Assembly: GCA_963790025.1 (NCBI GenBank)
Contig: CAWBMP010000002.1
Span: 224,001-288,000 of the forward strand
Source of the DNA: Nitrospirota bacterium
GTDB lineage: Bacteria; Nitrospirota; Thermodesulfovibrionia; Thermodesulfovibrionales; Dissulfurispiraceae
Reading direction: 5' to 3'
Length of the DNA: 64,000 nt
Both the position numbers and the translations under genes were made by a program. Positions 28,110 through 38,368 of this stretch are shown here, in pieces. Positions within the stretch are counted from its first letter, which is position 1; every line of letters begins with the position of its first letter. A model generated the notes under the pieces. It saw only the letters and a program-made list of their open reading frames with translations. It was not told the DNA's origin and did not search any database.

Positions 28110-30395
28110 ATGCTTACCCGAAAATGGTTATATCCGTTATTTCCGATTTTGCTGATGGTCGCCTCCTGTGCAGGAACACAGGAGGCAATAAAAGAGACGC
28201 CTGAGGCAACCATCTCCGAAAATGAATTGCCCCGGACAGTCGCGATCATGCCCTTCCAGAATGATACAAAAGAAATCGGCTTGGCCAATCAGTTGAGGAG
28301 GGCCTTTGCCAACCATCTGAGCGCAAAAAACTACATAGACATGAAACTCCCGTTGGTTGACGAGAGAATTGTGCAACTTGAGAAATCAACGGGTAAAAAT
28401 ATCTTTGACCTGAAACCTCAGGAAATTTGCGAATCTGTGGGATGTGACGGATTGGTCTACGGGAAAATGACTGATTACACTAAAGTAGACGTGGGTGTTT
28501 ATTCGCAGATTGGCGCGGAAGCTGAAGTTTGGATGATCAACACCAGAACGGGTAAAGAGGTCTTCAGGCTGAAAGATAACGTGCGTTATCATGAGGGGGG
28601 TGTGCCGCTATCTCCCATAGGGGCGATTTTTACCGTAATTTCCACTGCAATGAATGTGAGAGATATCCAGCACGTGAGAATGATCAACGAACTCGGCTAC
28701 AAACTGGCCGGGAAGGTCCCATCTCCATCCAAGATGGCTGCTGAGAACAGGCCTGCAATAAAAGAAGTGCTTACCAATGCAAAAGAGGGGCCTTTCGGCA
28801 AAGGCAAGCTCATAAAGGTCGGACTTGAAGGTAAGTCCGGGCTGGTTGCAACTTTTGATATAGGCAATTTTAAACGGGGAATCCTGATGAAAGAGACAAA
28901 ACCAGGCATTTACCTCGGTGAATATCTGGTGCTTCCCGGAGATAACGCTGCGGATATGACTTTAATTGCGTCTTTAAAAAGACCCGGAGGTTATGAGAGC
29001 GAGTGGGTCGATATTAGCGGCTTTGTGACAATCGATACCATACCGCCTCCTCAGGTTAAGGGTCTCAGGGCCAAAGGATTCCAGGACCGGATAGATATTT
29101 CCTGGGATGAGTTGAAGGGCGTTCCTGATTTAAAGGAATATAAGGTGTTGAGAAGCGAGCAGCCTTTGAGCGGGTATGGAGTAATATCTGTTACCGAGCA
29201 AGCGTCCTGCGAGGACAAAACAGCAAAACCGGGAACAGTTTATCATTATAGAGTAACTGCCGTGGATTTCGCCGGTAATGAATCGGAATTGCAGGATGCC
29301 GCAACTGCATCTCTCGCATCAAAAGAAGCTGTCGTTCTTTCCGGAGAACTCAAGAAGGACGCCACACTTTCCGGCACATATGTTATAAAGGGGGATTTTC
29401 TGGTACCAAAGGGACTACAGCTCACCCTGGAGCCCGAGACCCTGATTATGTTTGACGAGGGCTCTTCACTTGTAATTCGGGGAAAATTGCAATGTGACGA
29501 CAAGGGACCGCCTGTAGACTTTGTACCGTCAGGAGATAAAAAATGGAAAGGGCTGATCATCGAGGGGGGGAGTGCGGTAATGCGCGGGTTCCATCTGAAA
29601 GGCGCCGCTTCGGCAATTCTGGTCACGGAGAGCGAAGGGAGTATTGAAAACGGAGTCATTGCAGATTGCGACTCGGGGATATCCATATCCGGGACACCAT
29701 CCGTTGCCGTAAAAAACTGTACCATATCCGGGAACATAACAGGCATCGAACTGCAGAGAACAGATGCGATAATTATGAAAAACGCCATTTTCCAGAATAA
29801 AGACGGCATTATCGCAATAGGTTTTTCAGGGGAGATTGCCGATAACAATATTTTCGACAATGAAAAAAATATCTCTTCAACATCCGACATTAAGATCGCT
29901 GCGAACTATCTGGGCTCAGTCAATATAGACGAAATGAAAATAAGCGGTGTAATTGTGACAAGGGTATATGACGGCAAAGTGCCGGATGGCAAAATAGTAG
30001 ATGCTATATCCAACCCTTATACGGCTCTGAACAGGGAGGAACGCGAGAAGAAGGCAATCGGATATGTAATTGAGGCCGGCAATTATTTCAGGCAGAGCAA
30101 TTACGGCAAGGCATCCACGCTTTTTGAGGAGGCGCTTAAGGCCCTTCCGACCGCTGAAGTCTACTATTACCTTGCGCTCAGCTATAAGAATATGAAAGAA
30201 GATGACAAGGCAATGCTGTTTTTGAAAGAGGGCGTTGAAAAATTCCCTAAAGACAGCAGTCTCCTGAAAAACCTGGGTCTAATGTACTACGAAAAAGGCG
30301 ACGAGAAGGAGGCACGGAAGACGTTTGATGAAGTTCTCCGGCTGAGCCCCGAAGACAAGCAGGCCAGGTTCTTGCTTGAGAGGATGGGGAAATAG
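28110..30395 (+). CDS. Multidomain lipoprotein: DUF799/GNA1162-like + fibronectin III + right-handed beta-helix + TPR
   Basis: From ATG 28110: lipobox VASC; PRTVAIMPFQN...GCDGLVYGKMTDY; DTIPPPQV...W...YRVTAVDFAGNES; N-x-GI repeats; C-terminal TPR repeats. Confidence 0.72.
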   Translation: MLTRKWLYPLFPILLMVASCAGTQEAIKETPEATISENELPRTVAIMPFQNDTKEIGLANQLRRAFANHLSAKNYIDMKLPLVDERIVQLEKSTGKNIFDLKPQEICESVGCDGLVYGKMTDYTKVDVGVYSQIGAEAEVWMINTRTGKEVFRLKDNVRYHEGGVPLSPIGAIFTVISTAMNVRDIQHVRMINELGYKLAGKVPSPSKMAAENRPAIKEVLTNAKEGPFGKGKLIKVGLEGKSGLVATFDIGNFKRGILMKETKPGIYLGEYLVLPGDNAADMTLIASLKRPGGYESEWVDISGFVTIDTIPPPQVKGLRAKGFQDRIDISWDELKGVPDLKEYKVLRSEQPLSGYGVISVTEQASCEDKTAKPGTVYHYRVTAVDFAGNESELQDAATASLASKEAVVLSGELKKDATLSGTYVIKGDFLVPKGLQLTLEPETLIMFDEGSSLVIRGKLQCDDKGPPVDFVPSGDKKWKGLIIEGGSAVMRGFHLKGAASAILVTESEGSIENGVIADCDSGISISGTPSVAVKNCTISGNITGIELQRTDAIIMKNAIFQNKDGIIAIGFSGEIADNNIFDNEKNISSTSDIKIAANYLGSVNIDEMKISGVIVTRVYDGKVPDGKIVDAISNPYTALNREEREKKAIGYVIEAGNYFRQSNYGKASTLFEEALKALPTAEVYYYLALSYKNMKEDDKAMLFLKEGVEKFPKDSSLLKNLGLMYYEKGDEKEARKTFDEVLRLSPEDKQARFLLERMGK

Positions 30396-30497
30396 GCAAA
30401 AGGCAAAAGGCTAAAGGCTAATGGAAAAAGACAAGAAATCATTTCTTCATTTTTACGTCGTATTGGCCCTTCGCCTTTTGCCTTTTGCCCTTAGCCT
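30394..30497. repeat. Inverted pair of heptamer tandem arrays straddling the transglutaminase start
   Basis: AGGCAAA-AGGCAAA-AGGCTAA-AGGCTAA (30394-30421) and TTCGCCT-TTTGCCT-TTTGCCC-TTAGCCT (30470-30497). Confidence 0.75.
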
Positions 30498-32187
30498 TTC
30501 TTTTTTGCCCGCTGTTCAGGCCAAGACCCTCATCCTTGAGGGAAAGATTGACAGCAGAATCAGTGTCACTCAGCAGATCACCTTCAGCCTGGACAAGCCC
30601 GTATCGACGCTTGAGTTTAAATTCGCCTTGCCTGCTTCATTCTCAAATAAAGCTGTCTATCAGGACATACAAACAATAAGCTATTCCTTCTCACCAGAAC
30701 CCGTAAGGGTCAGTGATGAGTCTGACGACTACGGTAATCATTTCAAACAGGTGTCCTGGAAAAATCTGAACAGCGATGTGCATGTCACTGTAACTTTTGA
30801 GGCACGCCTCAAGTCCGAGCTTTCAGCTATGGAGAGCACGATTGCCTTTCCAGTCAAGTCGAATGCTCCGGAAGAGGCGGTTTATTTGAGGCCCACGGAC
30901 ATGGTGCAAAGCGGCAGCGCTGAAATCATCGCAGTTGCAAAAAGGGTCACTGCGGGCGCTAGCACGGAGTATGGGGCTGTCACGGCTATTCTGAATTATG
31001 TCTCAGATACTATTAAATACTCTTACAACCCCACCCAATACGATGCACTGTACACACTAAGCACCAGGTCAGGCAACTGCCAGAACTTTGCACATCTCAG
31101 CATGGCGCTTCTGAGGGCAGTGGGTATTCCGGCAAGAATTGTGGGCGGCATCAGCCTTAAAGAGCCATGGAAGATACCTGTTGAAGGTCGTTCCTTTCTC
31201 GTTCAGAGCATGGGACAGGGAGGGCATGCCTGGATAGAAATTTATTTTCCCGATCTTGGATGGCTTTCATATGATCCTCAGCAGTCAAAGCAGTTCACCG
31301 ATACCCGTCATATAAAACAGACCCACGGGCTCGATTCAAATGATATTAACGATTTATGGCAGGCATTCCCATATTTGCCGGGCTATAGTGAGACGGTAAG
31401 CAGCCGTTTTCTTGGCGATACTATTGCGTTACAATCAAAAAGATCTGTAAAGGAGCCGAAATCCTATATTTTCAGCAATAGCTTTGTTGCCAAAGCCGGG
31501 CCGCGTGAGCAGGAAATAATTCCGGTGGAAGGGCCTTCTCAACCTCCGACACCGCCGCAGACGCCTCTACCTCCGCCACCACTTATAGCTCCGACGCCTT
31601 TTCCAACGCCACCTCCCACTTTGCCAAAAGAGAAGAAAGGGAAGGTCATTGAGTTCGGGAACATGGAATTCCCAAACTTTGTTAACCTATACCAGGTCAT
31701 CGGCGGCAGAGGCGTTAAGATCCTCGATCAGGAGACAGCCGAATATGTAACCTCGCAATATGTGTTCGCCCAGGCCTTTGAGGTTACCACTCCCCTGAAA
31801 ATCCAGGTAATTTCGCTTGCAATGCGGAAGTTCGGCGGCGACGGAACCGTATATATCGACCTCGTTAAGGACGCACATGGCAGACCGGAGCCCCCGGCAT
31901 TAGACACAGGACTGCGCTCCAGGCCGGTTTTTCTTGAAACGATCAGAAAAAATGCCGGTTATTACTGGGTCGATTTTCTCCTCCCTCCCGATGAGGCTGC
32001 AGTTTTTAAAAAAGGAAAATACTGGATAGTGCTGAGGCATTCCGGAGAAGCGGTCATGAACTGGTTTTATACACCAGGCAAACATTATGGCGATAGCGAT
32101 GACACTCGCTCTACGCTGAAGGGGTATCAGTGGGAGGATATTCAGAATTATGATTTTGTATTTAAAGTGAAGGGGATCGTTCAATAA
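30421..32187 (+). CDS. Exported transglutaminase-like (Cys-His-Asp) domain protein with Pro-rich linker
   Basis: GNCQNFAHL...LRAVGIPARIVGG, HAWIEIY..GW..YDP, poly-Pro linker and a C-terminal beta-rich domain. Confidence 0.85.
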   Translation: MEKDKKSFLHFYVVLALRLLPFALSLSFLPAVQAKTLILEGKIDSRISVTQQITFSLDKPVSTLEFKFALPASFSNKAVYQDIQTISYSFSPEPVRVSDESDDYGNHFKQVSWKNLNSDVHVTVTFEARLKSELSAMESTIAFPVKSNAPEEAVYLRPTDMVQSGSAEIIAVAKRVTAGASTEYGAVTAILNYVSDTIKYSYNPTQYDALYTLSTRSGNCQNFAHLSMALLRAVGIPARIVGGISLKEPWKIPVEGRSFLVQSMGQGGHAWIEIYFPDLGWLSYDPQQSKQFTDTRHIKQTHGLDSNDINDLWQAFPYLPGYSETVSSRFLGDTIALQSKRSVKEPKSYIFSNSFVAKAGPREQEIIPVEGPSQPPTPPQTPLPPPPLIAPTPFPTPPPTLPKEKKGKVIEFGNMEFPNFVNLYQVIGGRGVKILDQETAEYVTSQYVFAQAFEVTTPLKIQVISLAMRKFGGDGTVYIDLVKDAHGRPEPPALDTGLRSRPVFLETIRKNAGYYWVDFLLPPDEAAVFKKGKYWIVLRHSGEAVMNWFYTPGKHYGDSDDTRSTLKGYQWEDIQNYDFVFKVKGIVQ

Positions 32188-32200
32188 TAGGAGGCTGAGA

Positions 32201-33256
32201 ATGTATAAAAAATGCTGCATATACTTATTTATTGCAATTTCCTTCCTTTATATCTCTCCACGGGAAAGCTTTGCCAAAGACGCCGGTACGATAACCGAAC
32301 TAAGCGGAAGCGTATCTTACCGGGAAAAAGACAATGTCCCGTACCACCCAGCCAGAAAAGGTACCGAAATAAATGTTGGGTACTGGTTCAAAACGAGTGA
32401 AGACGGATGGGCGATATTGACATTATCTGACGGGAGCAATATGACTCTTGCAAATAATACAGAGCTTAAGATAACAAAATTTATTATCGACAAAAAGAAG
32501 AAAAACGGCATATTCAATGTGCTCCAGGGGAAGCTCAGGGCTTCTGTTGTAAGGCTTGCCGGTGAAAGTGTCGATTACAAAGTGCAGAGCCCCACGGCTG
32601 TTGCAGGTATAAAGGGGACTGAGTTCATGATGATGACCCAGGGTCCGGCCAACGTGTTTTTCGGAAATGAGGGTATGGCCGAAATATCGGGTGATGCAAC
32701 GTCTGCAAAACCTTTGAGCGCCGGTACGCTGGTCCAAAATACCAGGGGATATACGCCTGTAGACCCTGTGGAGGTAAAACCTGATACGCCGCTGAACACG
32801 GCAAAAAAAGACTTTGAAGGAATAACAGCGGCAACCCCCCCCAGGGACTGGGAGATGTCGAACAATCTGCCCCACATTATAGCCCGCTGGAACATCAATT
32901 ACGGACAATATCTCGCAGACGCGGGAAAATACGATGAAGCGCTCTATGTATTTCAGATAGCCCTTGACCTTACAACTCTGCCGGAAATAAGGAGTGAAGC
33001 AAGGCTCCAAAGGGGCGCTGTTTACTCCCGATTTCTCAGAAACAAGGAAGCGGCTCTATCCGAATATTTGCTGGTAGTGGAAGCATATCCCCGGGTGCCT
33101 CAGAGGGAAACAGCCCTTTATCTGGCCGGGATGACACTCTATGAAATGGGCCTTAAGGGTCAGGCAAAAGAGAAGCTTTTTGAGTACAAAAAAGAATATC
33201 CGGACGGAAGAAATATATCCAATGTTGAAACAATATTGAATATTTGGGACAAGTAG
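32201..33256 (+). CDS. FecR-domain protein with C-terminal TPR
   Basis: Signal peptide; LSDGS...LANNTEL.I, QGKLRA, SPTAVAGIKGTEF (FecR signature); C-terminal TPR repeats. Confidence 0.85.
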   Translation: MYKKCCIYLFIAISFLYISPRESFAKDAGTITELSGSVSYREKDNVPYHPARKGTEINVGYWFKTSEDGWAILTLSDGSNMTLANNTELKITKFIIDKKKKNGIFNVLQGKLRASVVRLAGESVDYKVQSPTAVAGIKGTEFMMMTQGPANVFFGNEGMAEISGDATSAKPLSAGTLVQNTRGYTPVDPVEVKPDTPLNTAKKDFEGITAATPPRDWEMSNNLPHIIARWNINYGQYLADAGKYDEALYVFQIALDLTTLPEIRSEARLQRGAVYSRFLRNKEAALSEYLLVVEAYPRVPQRETALYLAGMTLYEMGLKGQAKEKLFEYKKEYPDGRNISNVETILNIWDK

Positions 33257-33277
33257 TTTTAAACTCGGGTTAAAGGA

Positions 33278-35389
33278 TTGAGACTTAACAGATCAATCAT
33301 ATTCATGCTGATCGGCCTTGGCGCCGGTCTCTTTTCATTATTTCTTTACAGCAGGAATATAGATTTCTTTAATACTATCGACCTCAAACTCAAGGATGTC
33401 AGGTTCAGAACAAGGAGGATGGTCCCTGACAGCCGTGTAGTTATTGTTGCCATTGATTCCAGGAGCATCAATAAACTCGGCAGATGGCCCTGGGACAGAA
33501 AGGTAATTGCCGGACTTATAGAAGCCCTCGACACATATGGCGCCAAAACGATTGCCATGGATATCGTTTTCTCCGAGCCTTCCAATGCCTCCTCTGATAA
33601 AGAGCTTGCAGGAGCGCTTCGGAAGAGCGGCAATGTGATCGCCGGATATTTCTTCAGGGGTGAGGAGGGCAAGCCGGCTACAGTTGAGCTGCTGCAGAGG
33701 ACCAAAGTAAGTGATGTGAGGCTGGGCAGTGAGGTGCAGGGACTGCCTGTAGTGACATTTCCGGGCGTTGAGATGAATATACCCATTATTTCTGACGCTG
33801 CGCGCAGCGCCGGATTTTTTAATATACTGCCGGACAGGGACGGAATATTAAGATTTGCAACCCTTGTTGCGCTCTACAGGGGTGATGCTTATCCTTCCCT
33901 GCCTCTTGCAGCCCTCAGGCACCATCTTGCCAACAAGCTCATAATCGACGTCGCACAATACGGCGTGGACGGGCTTATGATCGGGAACAGGAGAATACCT
34001 GTCGATGAAGCCGGACGGTTTACCCTCAATTACTACGGCAGGCAAGCGAAGTTCAGGACAATTCCTGCGGTTGATGTCATAGAAAAACGGCTTGACAGGG
34101 ACGCGCTGAAAAATACACTGGTATTCGTAGGAGCGACTGAAATCGGTATTTCCGATGTGAGGGCGACGCCTCAGGGTTCCATCCCTGGGGTAGAAGTGCA
34201 TGCCACAGTAGCGTCGAATGTGCTACAGGACCGGTTCCTGACAAGAGATGGACAGGTCATAGCATTGGAGATATTCCTTATTATACTCTTTCCTCTCCTG
34301 CTGGCAATGTTTTTAAGGGCCACACGCAGGACTGTCCCGGCCCTTATCTTCCTTGTTGCGATTACAGGGACTTACTTTTTCTTCAACAATTTTCTGTTCG
34401 CCCATTATTCTTTAAACATAGGTGTCATATTCCCTGCTATCTCTATCGGGCTGACCTATCTCGGTTCCGAAGCCTACAGAAATTTCACGGAAGAAAGGCA
34501 GGGGCGTTTTCTCAGGAAGGCCTTCGCAGGTCACGTAAGTGCAGACATCGTCGGGCAGATAGTAGACAACCATGACTCACTCAACCTTCTTGGACAGAAG
34601 AGGGAGATATCGGTACTTTTTTGCGGAATAAAGGGATTTCCCACTCTCTCTGAGAACTTGCCCCCTGAGTCCCTCGTTATGCTTTTGAACCGGTACCTGG
34701 GCCCGATGACCGATATCATCCTGAAACACGGCGGAATGCTCGATAAATATATCGGGGACACTATTATGGCACTATACAATGCACCGTTGACGCTTGAAGA
34801 CCACGCAGCTTATGTCTGTATAAGTGCAGTGGATATGATGGACAAGCTCAAAGAGGTCAATGCCGACTTAAGAGAAAAGGGACTGCCCGAAATCGATATC
34901 GGAATCGGGGTAAGCACCGGTGATGCCATTTTGGGTAATATGGGCACCGACTTGCAGTTTGAGTATACAGCAATGGGTAATACAGTGGACCTGGCTGCAA
35001 GACTGGAAGACGTGACTGTGAAATACAGGACACATATAATTGTCAGTGAATCCACAATGAAACTCTTACAGGCGACAGATATCGGGGATACCGAATACAG
35101 CACTCTTACTTTCAGAGAGCTTGACCTCATAAAAACAGCGGAAAAAAACAGACCCGTAACTATTTATGAATTATTATTGAATGCGGACCCTCTGCTTGTC
35201 GGAAAATTCGGCGAGGCAATGAAACTTTACCGGCAGCAGAAATTCAATGAAGCACTGAACATCTTCACGGAATTGAACGCCGAATATAAGGATGGGCCTT
35301 CCGGAGTGTTTATGGAGAGATGCAGGGAATCTATCGTTCACCCGCCGGACATTACTTGGGATGGAGTCTACGCGACGAAAACAAAATAG
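33278..35389 (+). CDS. CHASE2-domain class III adenylate/guanylate cyclase-like protein (catalytic residues degenerate)
   Basis: CHASE2 motifs VVIVAID..S...GRWPWDR, DIVFSEPS and PGVEVHA; three TM helices; cyclase core DKYIGD, IGIGVSTG...GNMG. Confidence 0.88.
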   Translation: MRLNRSIIFMLIGLGAGLFSLFLYSRNIDFFNTIDLKLKDVRFRTRRMVPDSRVVIVAIDSRSINKLGRWPWDRKVIAGLIEALDTYGAKTIAMDIVFSEPSNASSDKELAGALRKSGNVIAGYFFRGEEGKPATVELLQRTKVSDVRLGSEVQGLPVVTFPGVEMNIPIISDAARSAGFFNILPDRDGILRFATLVALYRGDAYPSLPLAALRHHLANKLIIDVAQYGVDGLMIGNRRIPVDEAGRFTLNYYGRQAKFRTIPAVDVIEKRLDRDALKNTLVFVGATEIGISDVRATPQGSIPGVEVHATVASNVLQDRFLTRDGQVIALEIFLIILFPLLLAMFLRATRRTVPALIFLVAITGTYFFFNNFLFAHYSLNIGVIFPAISIGLTYLGSEAYRNFTEERQGRFLRKAFAGHVSADIVGQIVDNHDSLNLLGQKREISVLFCGIKGFPTLSENLPPESLVMLLNRYLGPMTDIILKHGGMLDKYIGDTIMALYNAPLTLEDHAAYVCISAVDMMDKLKEVNADLREKGLPEIDIGIGVSTGDAILGNMGTDLQFEYTAMGNTVDLAARLEDVTVKYRTHIIVSESTMKLLQATDIGDTEYSTLTFRELDLIKTAEKNRPVTIYELLLNADPLLVGKFGEAMKLYRQQKFNEALNIFTELNAEYKDGPSGVFMERCRESIVHPPDITWDGVYATKTK

Positions 35390-35482
35390 ACTTTAAATGT
35401 GCTTTCAATAAAACAAGCCTTCATTTCAATATGTTTTTGGGTAATTCCTTTTATTCGCCATCCGTGATATTCTATTTATGTA

Positions 35483-36991
35483 ATGCGTCAAGAAAGACTT
35501 GACAACTTTCACAAAGAGTCGGGGTATTTGGCAACGCGTCCGGCATGGTTACGCTATGTGGTTGCCATGGTATTTGTTGGAGTTGCCATCGCTGTACGTG
35601 TGGTTTTTTTGCATACTCTCGGGCTGCGCAACTTCTACCTGACGTTCTATCCCGCCGTGATAATCACGGCACTCTATGGAGGCCTTGCCGCAGGCTTGTT
35701 TGCAGCAATCCTTTCTGCCTTGTCAGCTGACTACGTCTTGATAGAACCGGTCGGATCTTTCTACATCAAAGATCCTTCTGATATTTGGGGCATGGCTGTC
35801 TTTATCATAAGCTGCACAATGATTATTTTCATAACGGAGGCCATGCATCGCGCCCGGGCACGTGCCGGCAAAGCAGAGACACAGGCCAAACTTGCCGCTG
35901 AACAAATAAAAGCAGAGGAAGCTCTCCGGGAGCGCGAAAAACGATTGGGTCTTTTCATCGAGCATGCCCCTGTCGCCTTGGCCATGTTTGACCGCGAGAT
36001 GCGCTATATAAGTGTGAGTCGCCGCTGGATGAGAGATTACGGGCTCGGTGATCGCGATTTGCAGGGGCTGTCACACTACGAGATCTTTCCGGAGATTCCA
36101 GCCCGATGGAAGACCATTCATCGACAAGCTCTGGCAGGAGAAGTGTTCGTTGCTGACGATGATCGTTTCGAGCGGGCGGATGGGTCGGTGCAGTGGCTTC
36201 GATGGGAAGTGCACCCCTGGCATAACGCAGCGGGCGATGTCGCCGGTATCGTGATCTTTAGCGAAGACATCACAGAACGCAAGCGGGCTGAGGAAGAACG
36301 AAAAGAGGCATACAAAGAGCTTGAAGGATTTGCCTATACTGTTGCACATGATCTTCGCGCTCCCCTCCGGCATATGACGAGCTTTGCTGAAATGCTGAAA
36401 AAAAGGATGAAGGGTAAACTTGATGAACAGGCGCTCCATTATACGGATGTGATATCAGAGGAATCAAAGAGGATGGGGATGCTTGTAGACGATCTGCTTG
36501 AATTCACCAGCATGAAGCGCATTAATAAACAACTCGAGAAAGTAAATTTGAATTCGCTGGTAAGAGAAGCCGTCGCTTATCTTGGAGATGAAGTGAAAGT
36601 TCGGGATATCCGATGGGAAATCGATGAGCTGCCTGAAGTTGAGTGTGACCAATCGATGCTTAAGCTCGTGCTTGTCAATCTCATCTCTAATGCAGTTAAA
36701 TTCACTCAAACTCGCCGCCCCGCTGAAATTAAGATTTGGTGTAAAGAGGACAAGGACGAAGTTGTTTTTTCAATTAAAGACAACGGCGCGGGGTTTGACA
36801 TGGAATATGCGGACAAACTTTTCAATGTATTCCAGCGTCTTCATCATCATGACGAATTTGAAGGCACAGGCATAGGCCTTGCCAATGTCCGGCGCATCAT
36901 TTCCAGCCATGGCGGAAGGACCTGGGCCGAAGGCTCTGTGGGACAGGGCGCCACATTCTACTTTACATTACCTAAGACAAAGGAGAAATAA
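35483..36991 (+). CDS. Membrane sensor histidine kinase (TM sensor + PAS + HisKA + HATPase)
   Basis: Four TM helices, a PAS domain, H-box AHDLRAPLR, N-box NLISNAVKFT, DNGAGF, GTGIGLA. Confidence 0.92.
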   Translation: MRQERLDNFHKESGYLATRPAWLRYVVAMVFVGVAIAVRVVFLHTLGLRNFYLTFYPAVIITALYGGLAAGLFAAILSALSADYVLIEPVGSFYIKDPSDIWGMAVFIISCTMIIFITEAMHRARARAGKAETQAKLAAEQIKAEEALREREKRLGLFIEHAPVALAMFDREMRYISVSRRWMRDYGLGDRDLQGLSHYEIFPEIPARWKTIHRQALAGEVFVADDDRFERADGSVQWLRWEVHPWHNAAGDVAGIVIFSEDITERKRAEEERKEAYKELEGFAYTVAHDLRAPLRHMTSFAEMLKKRMKGKLDEQALHYTDVISEESKRMGMLVDDLLEFTSMKRINKQLEKVNLNSLVREAVAYLGDEVKVRDIRWEIDELPEVECDQSMLKLVLVNLISNAVKFTQTRRPAEIKIWCKEDKDEVVFSIKDNGAGFDMEYADKLFNVFQRLHHHDEFEGTGIGLANVRRIISSHGGRTWAEGSVGQGATFYFTLPKTKEK

Positions 36992-36993
36992 AT

Positions 36994-37440
36994 ATGGAGG
37001 ATCTTAGATGTATTTTGCTGGTTGAAGATGATCCTTATGATGTGGAACTCATCCAGGCAGGTCTTGCTGAAAACAATCTCGCCAATAAAGTTGTAGTAGC
37101 CCGTGACGGTGAAGAAGCTCTCGATTTCTTCAACTGCAGTGGAAAGTTTGCCGACAGGACTGGTGTGCATCCCGCTGTTGTAATGCTCGATCTGAAGCTT
37201 CCCAAGGTAAGCGGTCTCGAGGTGCTCAAACACATAAAGACTGACGAGAGGCTCAAAGTCTTGCCGGTGGTAATTCTCACCTCATCCCATAAAGATCGGG
37301 ATATCGCCGAAAGTTACAGGCTAGGCGCAAATGGATTCGTCGTAAAACCTGTCGACTTTCACCAGTTTATTGATGCGGTCAAACAGACAGGAGCTTTCTG
37401 GGCCATCATCAACGAACCTCCGCCAGTAACGGCGTGCTAA
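36994..37440 (+). CDS. Single-domain response regulator (CheY-like)
   Basis: LLVEDD, MLDLKLPKVSG, LTSS, VVKPVDF. Confidence 0.92.
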   Translation: MEDLRCILLVEDDPYDVELIQAGLAENNLANKVVVARDGEEALDFFNCSGKFADRTGVHPAVVMLDLKLPKVSGLEVLKHIKTDERLKVLPVVILTSSHKDRDIAESYRLGANGFVVKPVDFHQFIDAVKQTGAFWAIINEPPPVTAC

Positions 37441-37462
37441 ACTAAGCAGACTTGACCCATCT

Positions 37463-38368
37463 CTATTTTGAAGAGGAGCACCCGCCTATCATCTCTTCGG
37501 CACGTGCAGTTCCCTTGTTATCGCCTGAACTTTTGCTGATGAATTGTGCTCTTTTAAAAAACTCCATAGCATCTTCCTGCCTCCCCTGCATGCATAAAAC
37601 ATTGCCGATGCCCATTAAGTCCATTGCCATTTTCATCGCAAACCCTGCGTCCTTATCAAGCACGAGGGCATCCTGGTAGAACCCCCTTGCTTCCTCATAT
37701 GCCTTTGCCGCTACTTTTGCGTCGGCAAGCAGCCTGAATGAATTGGCCTCCTCCTGCCTTTCTCCCAGACTTCTGTTCCACTGAAGTCCCTCCGCACCAA
37801 AAGCAAGGGCTGCGTCAGGTGTATTATTTAGCAGGGCAATTTTTGCCTTGAGGTTGTAGATCTTTCCTTTTTCGGCGCAGGTTTCGTCCTTGCAGAAATT
37901 GAGGGCTTTATCTGCCCATTCTATAGCAGACGGATATTTGCCCTCGTCTACGTAAAGGACTGCTTTTATAAATGCCGCCCCTGCCAGTTGCGATGGATAA
38001 AAAGGTACGTGCCTGAAGTTCAATATTTCATCGAGGCACTTGCGAGCGTTCTCCCTGTCATCGAGCTTCCGGTAGACAACCGCCATATTCATAAGATTTA
38101 TTGCTATCCCATCTGCATGCTCGATGGAGGAACTGGCCTTTAATGCCTCGCCGTAAAGTTCTAATGCCCTTTTGAAATTGCCGCTCCTAAAAGCGGAATC
38201 GGCTTTCCCGTTTAACTCAATTGAAATTATTTCGGCATCCAAACGGCTGGGCGGGGCAGAACTGCAGCCAAATAAAAATATACAGCAGGCAATAGGCAAT
38301 AGGCTATAGGCAATGGCGTTTATTTGCCTATAGCCTATCGCCCATAGCCTATTGCCTTCCTTATTCAT
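37463..38368 (-). CDS. TPR-repeat lipoprotein
   Basis: Lipobox LFGC followed by TPR repeats; translationally coupled to mlaD. Confidence 0.75.
   Translation of the reverse strand: MNKEGNRLWAIGYRQINAIAYSLLPIACCIFLFGCSSAPPSRLDAEIISIELNGKADSAFRSGNFKRALELYGEALKASSSIEHADGIAINLMNMAVVYRKLDDRENARKCLDEILNFRHVPFYPSQLAGAAFIKAVLYVDEGKYPSAIEWADKALNFCKDETCAEKGKIYNLKAKIALLNNTPDAALAFGAEGLQWNRSLGERQEEANSFRLLADAKVAAKAYEEARGFYQDALVLDKDAGFAMKMAMDLMGIGNVLCMQGRQEDAMEFFKRAQFISKSSGDNKGTARAEEMIGGCSSSK
38287..38357. repeat. Inverted heptamer arrays inside the 5' end of the TPR lipoprotein gene
   Basis: AGGCAAT-AGGCAAT-AGGCTAT-AGGCAAT followed by TTTGCCT-ATAGCCT-ATCGCCC-ATAGCCT-ATTGCCT. Confidence 0.75.

Noticed and set aside
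31540..31625. C-rich repetitive stretch
   Set aside because: Simply encodes the proline-rich linker of the transglutaminase-like protein.
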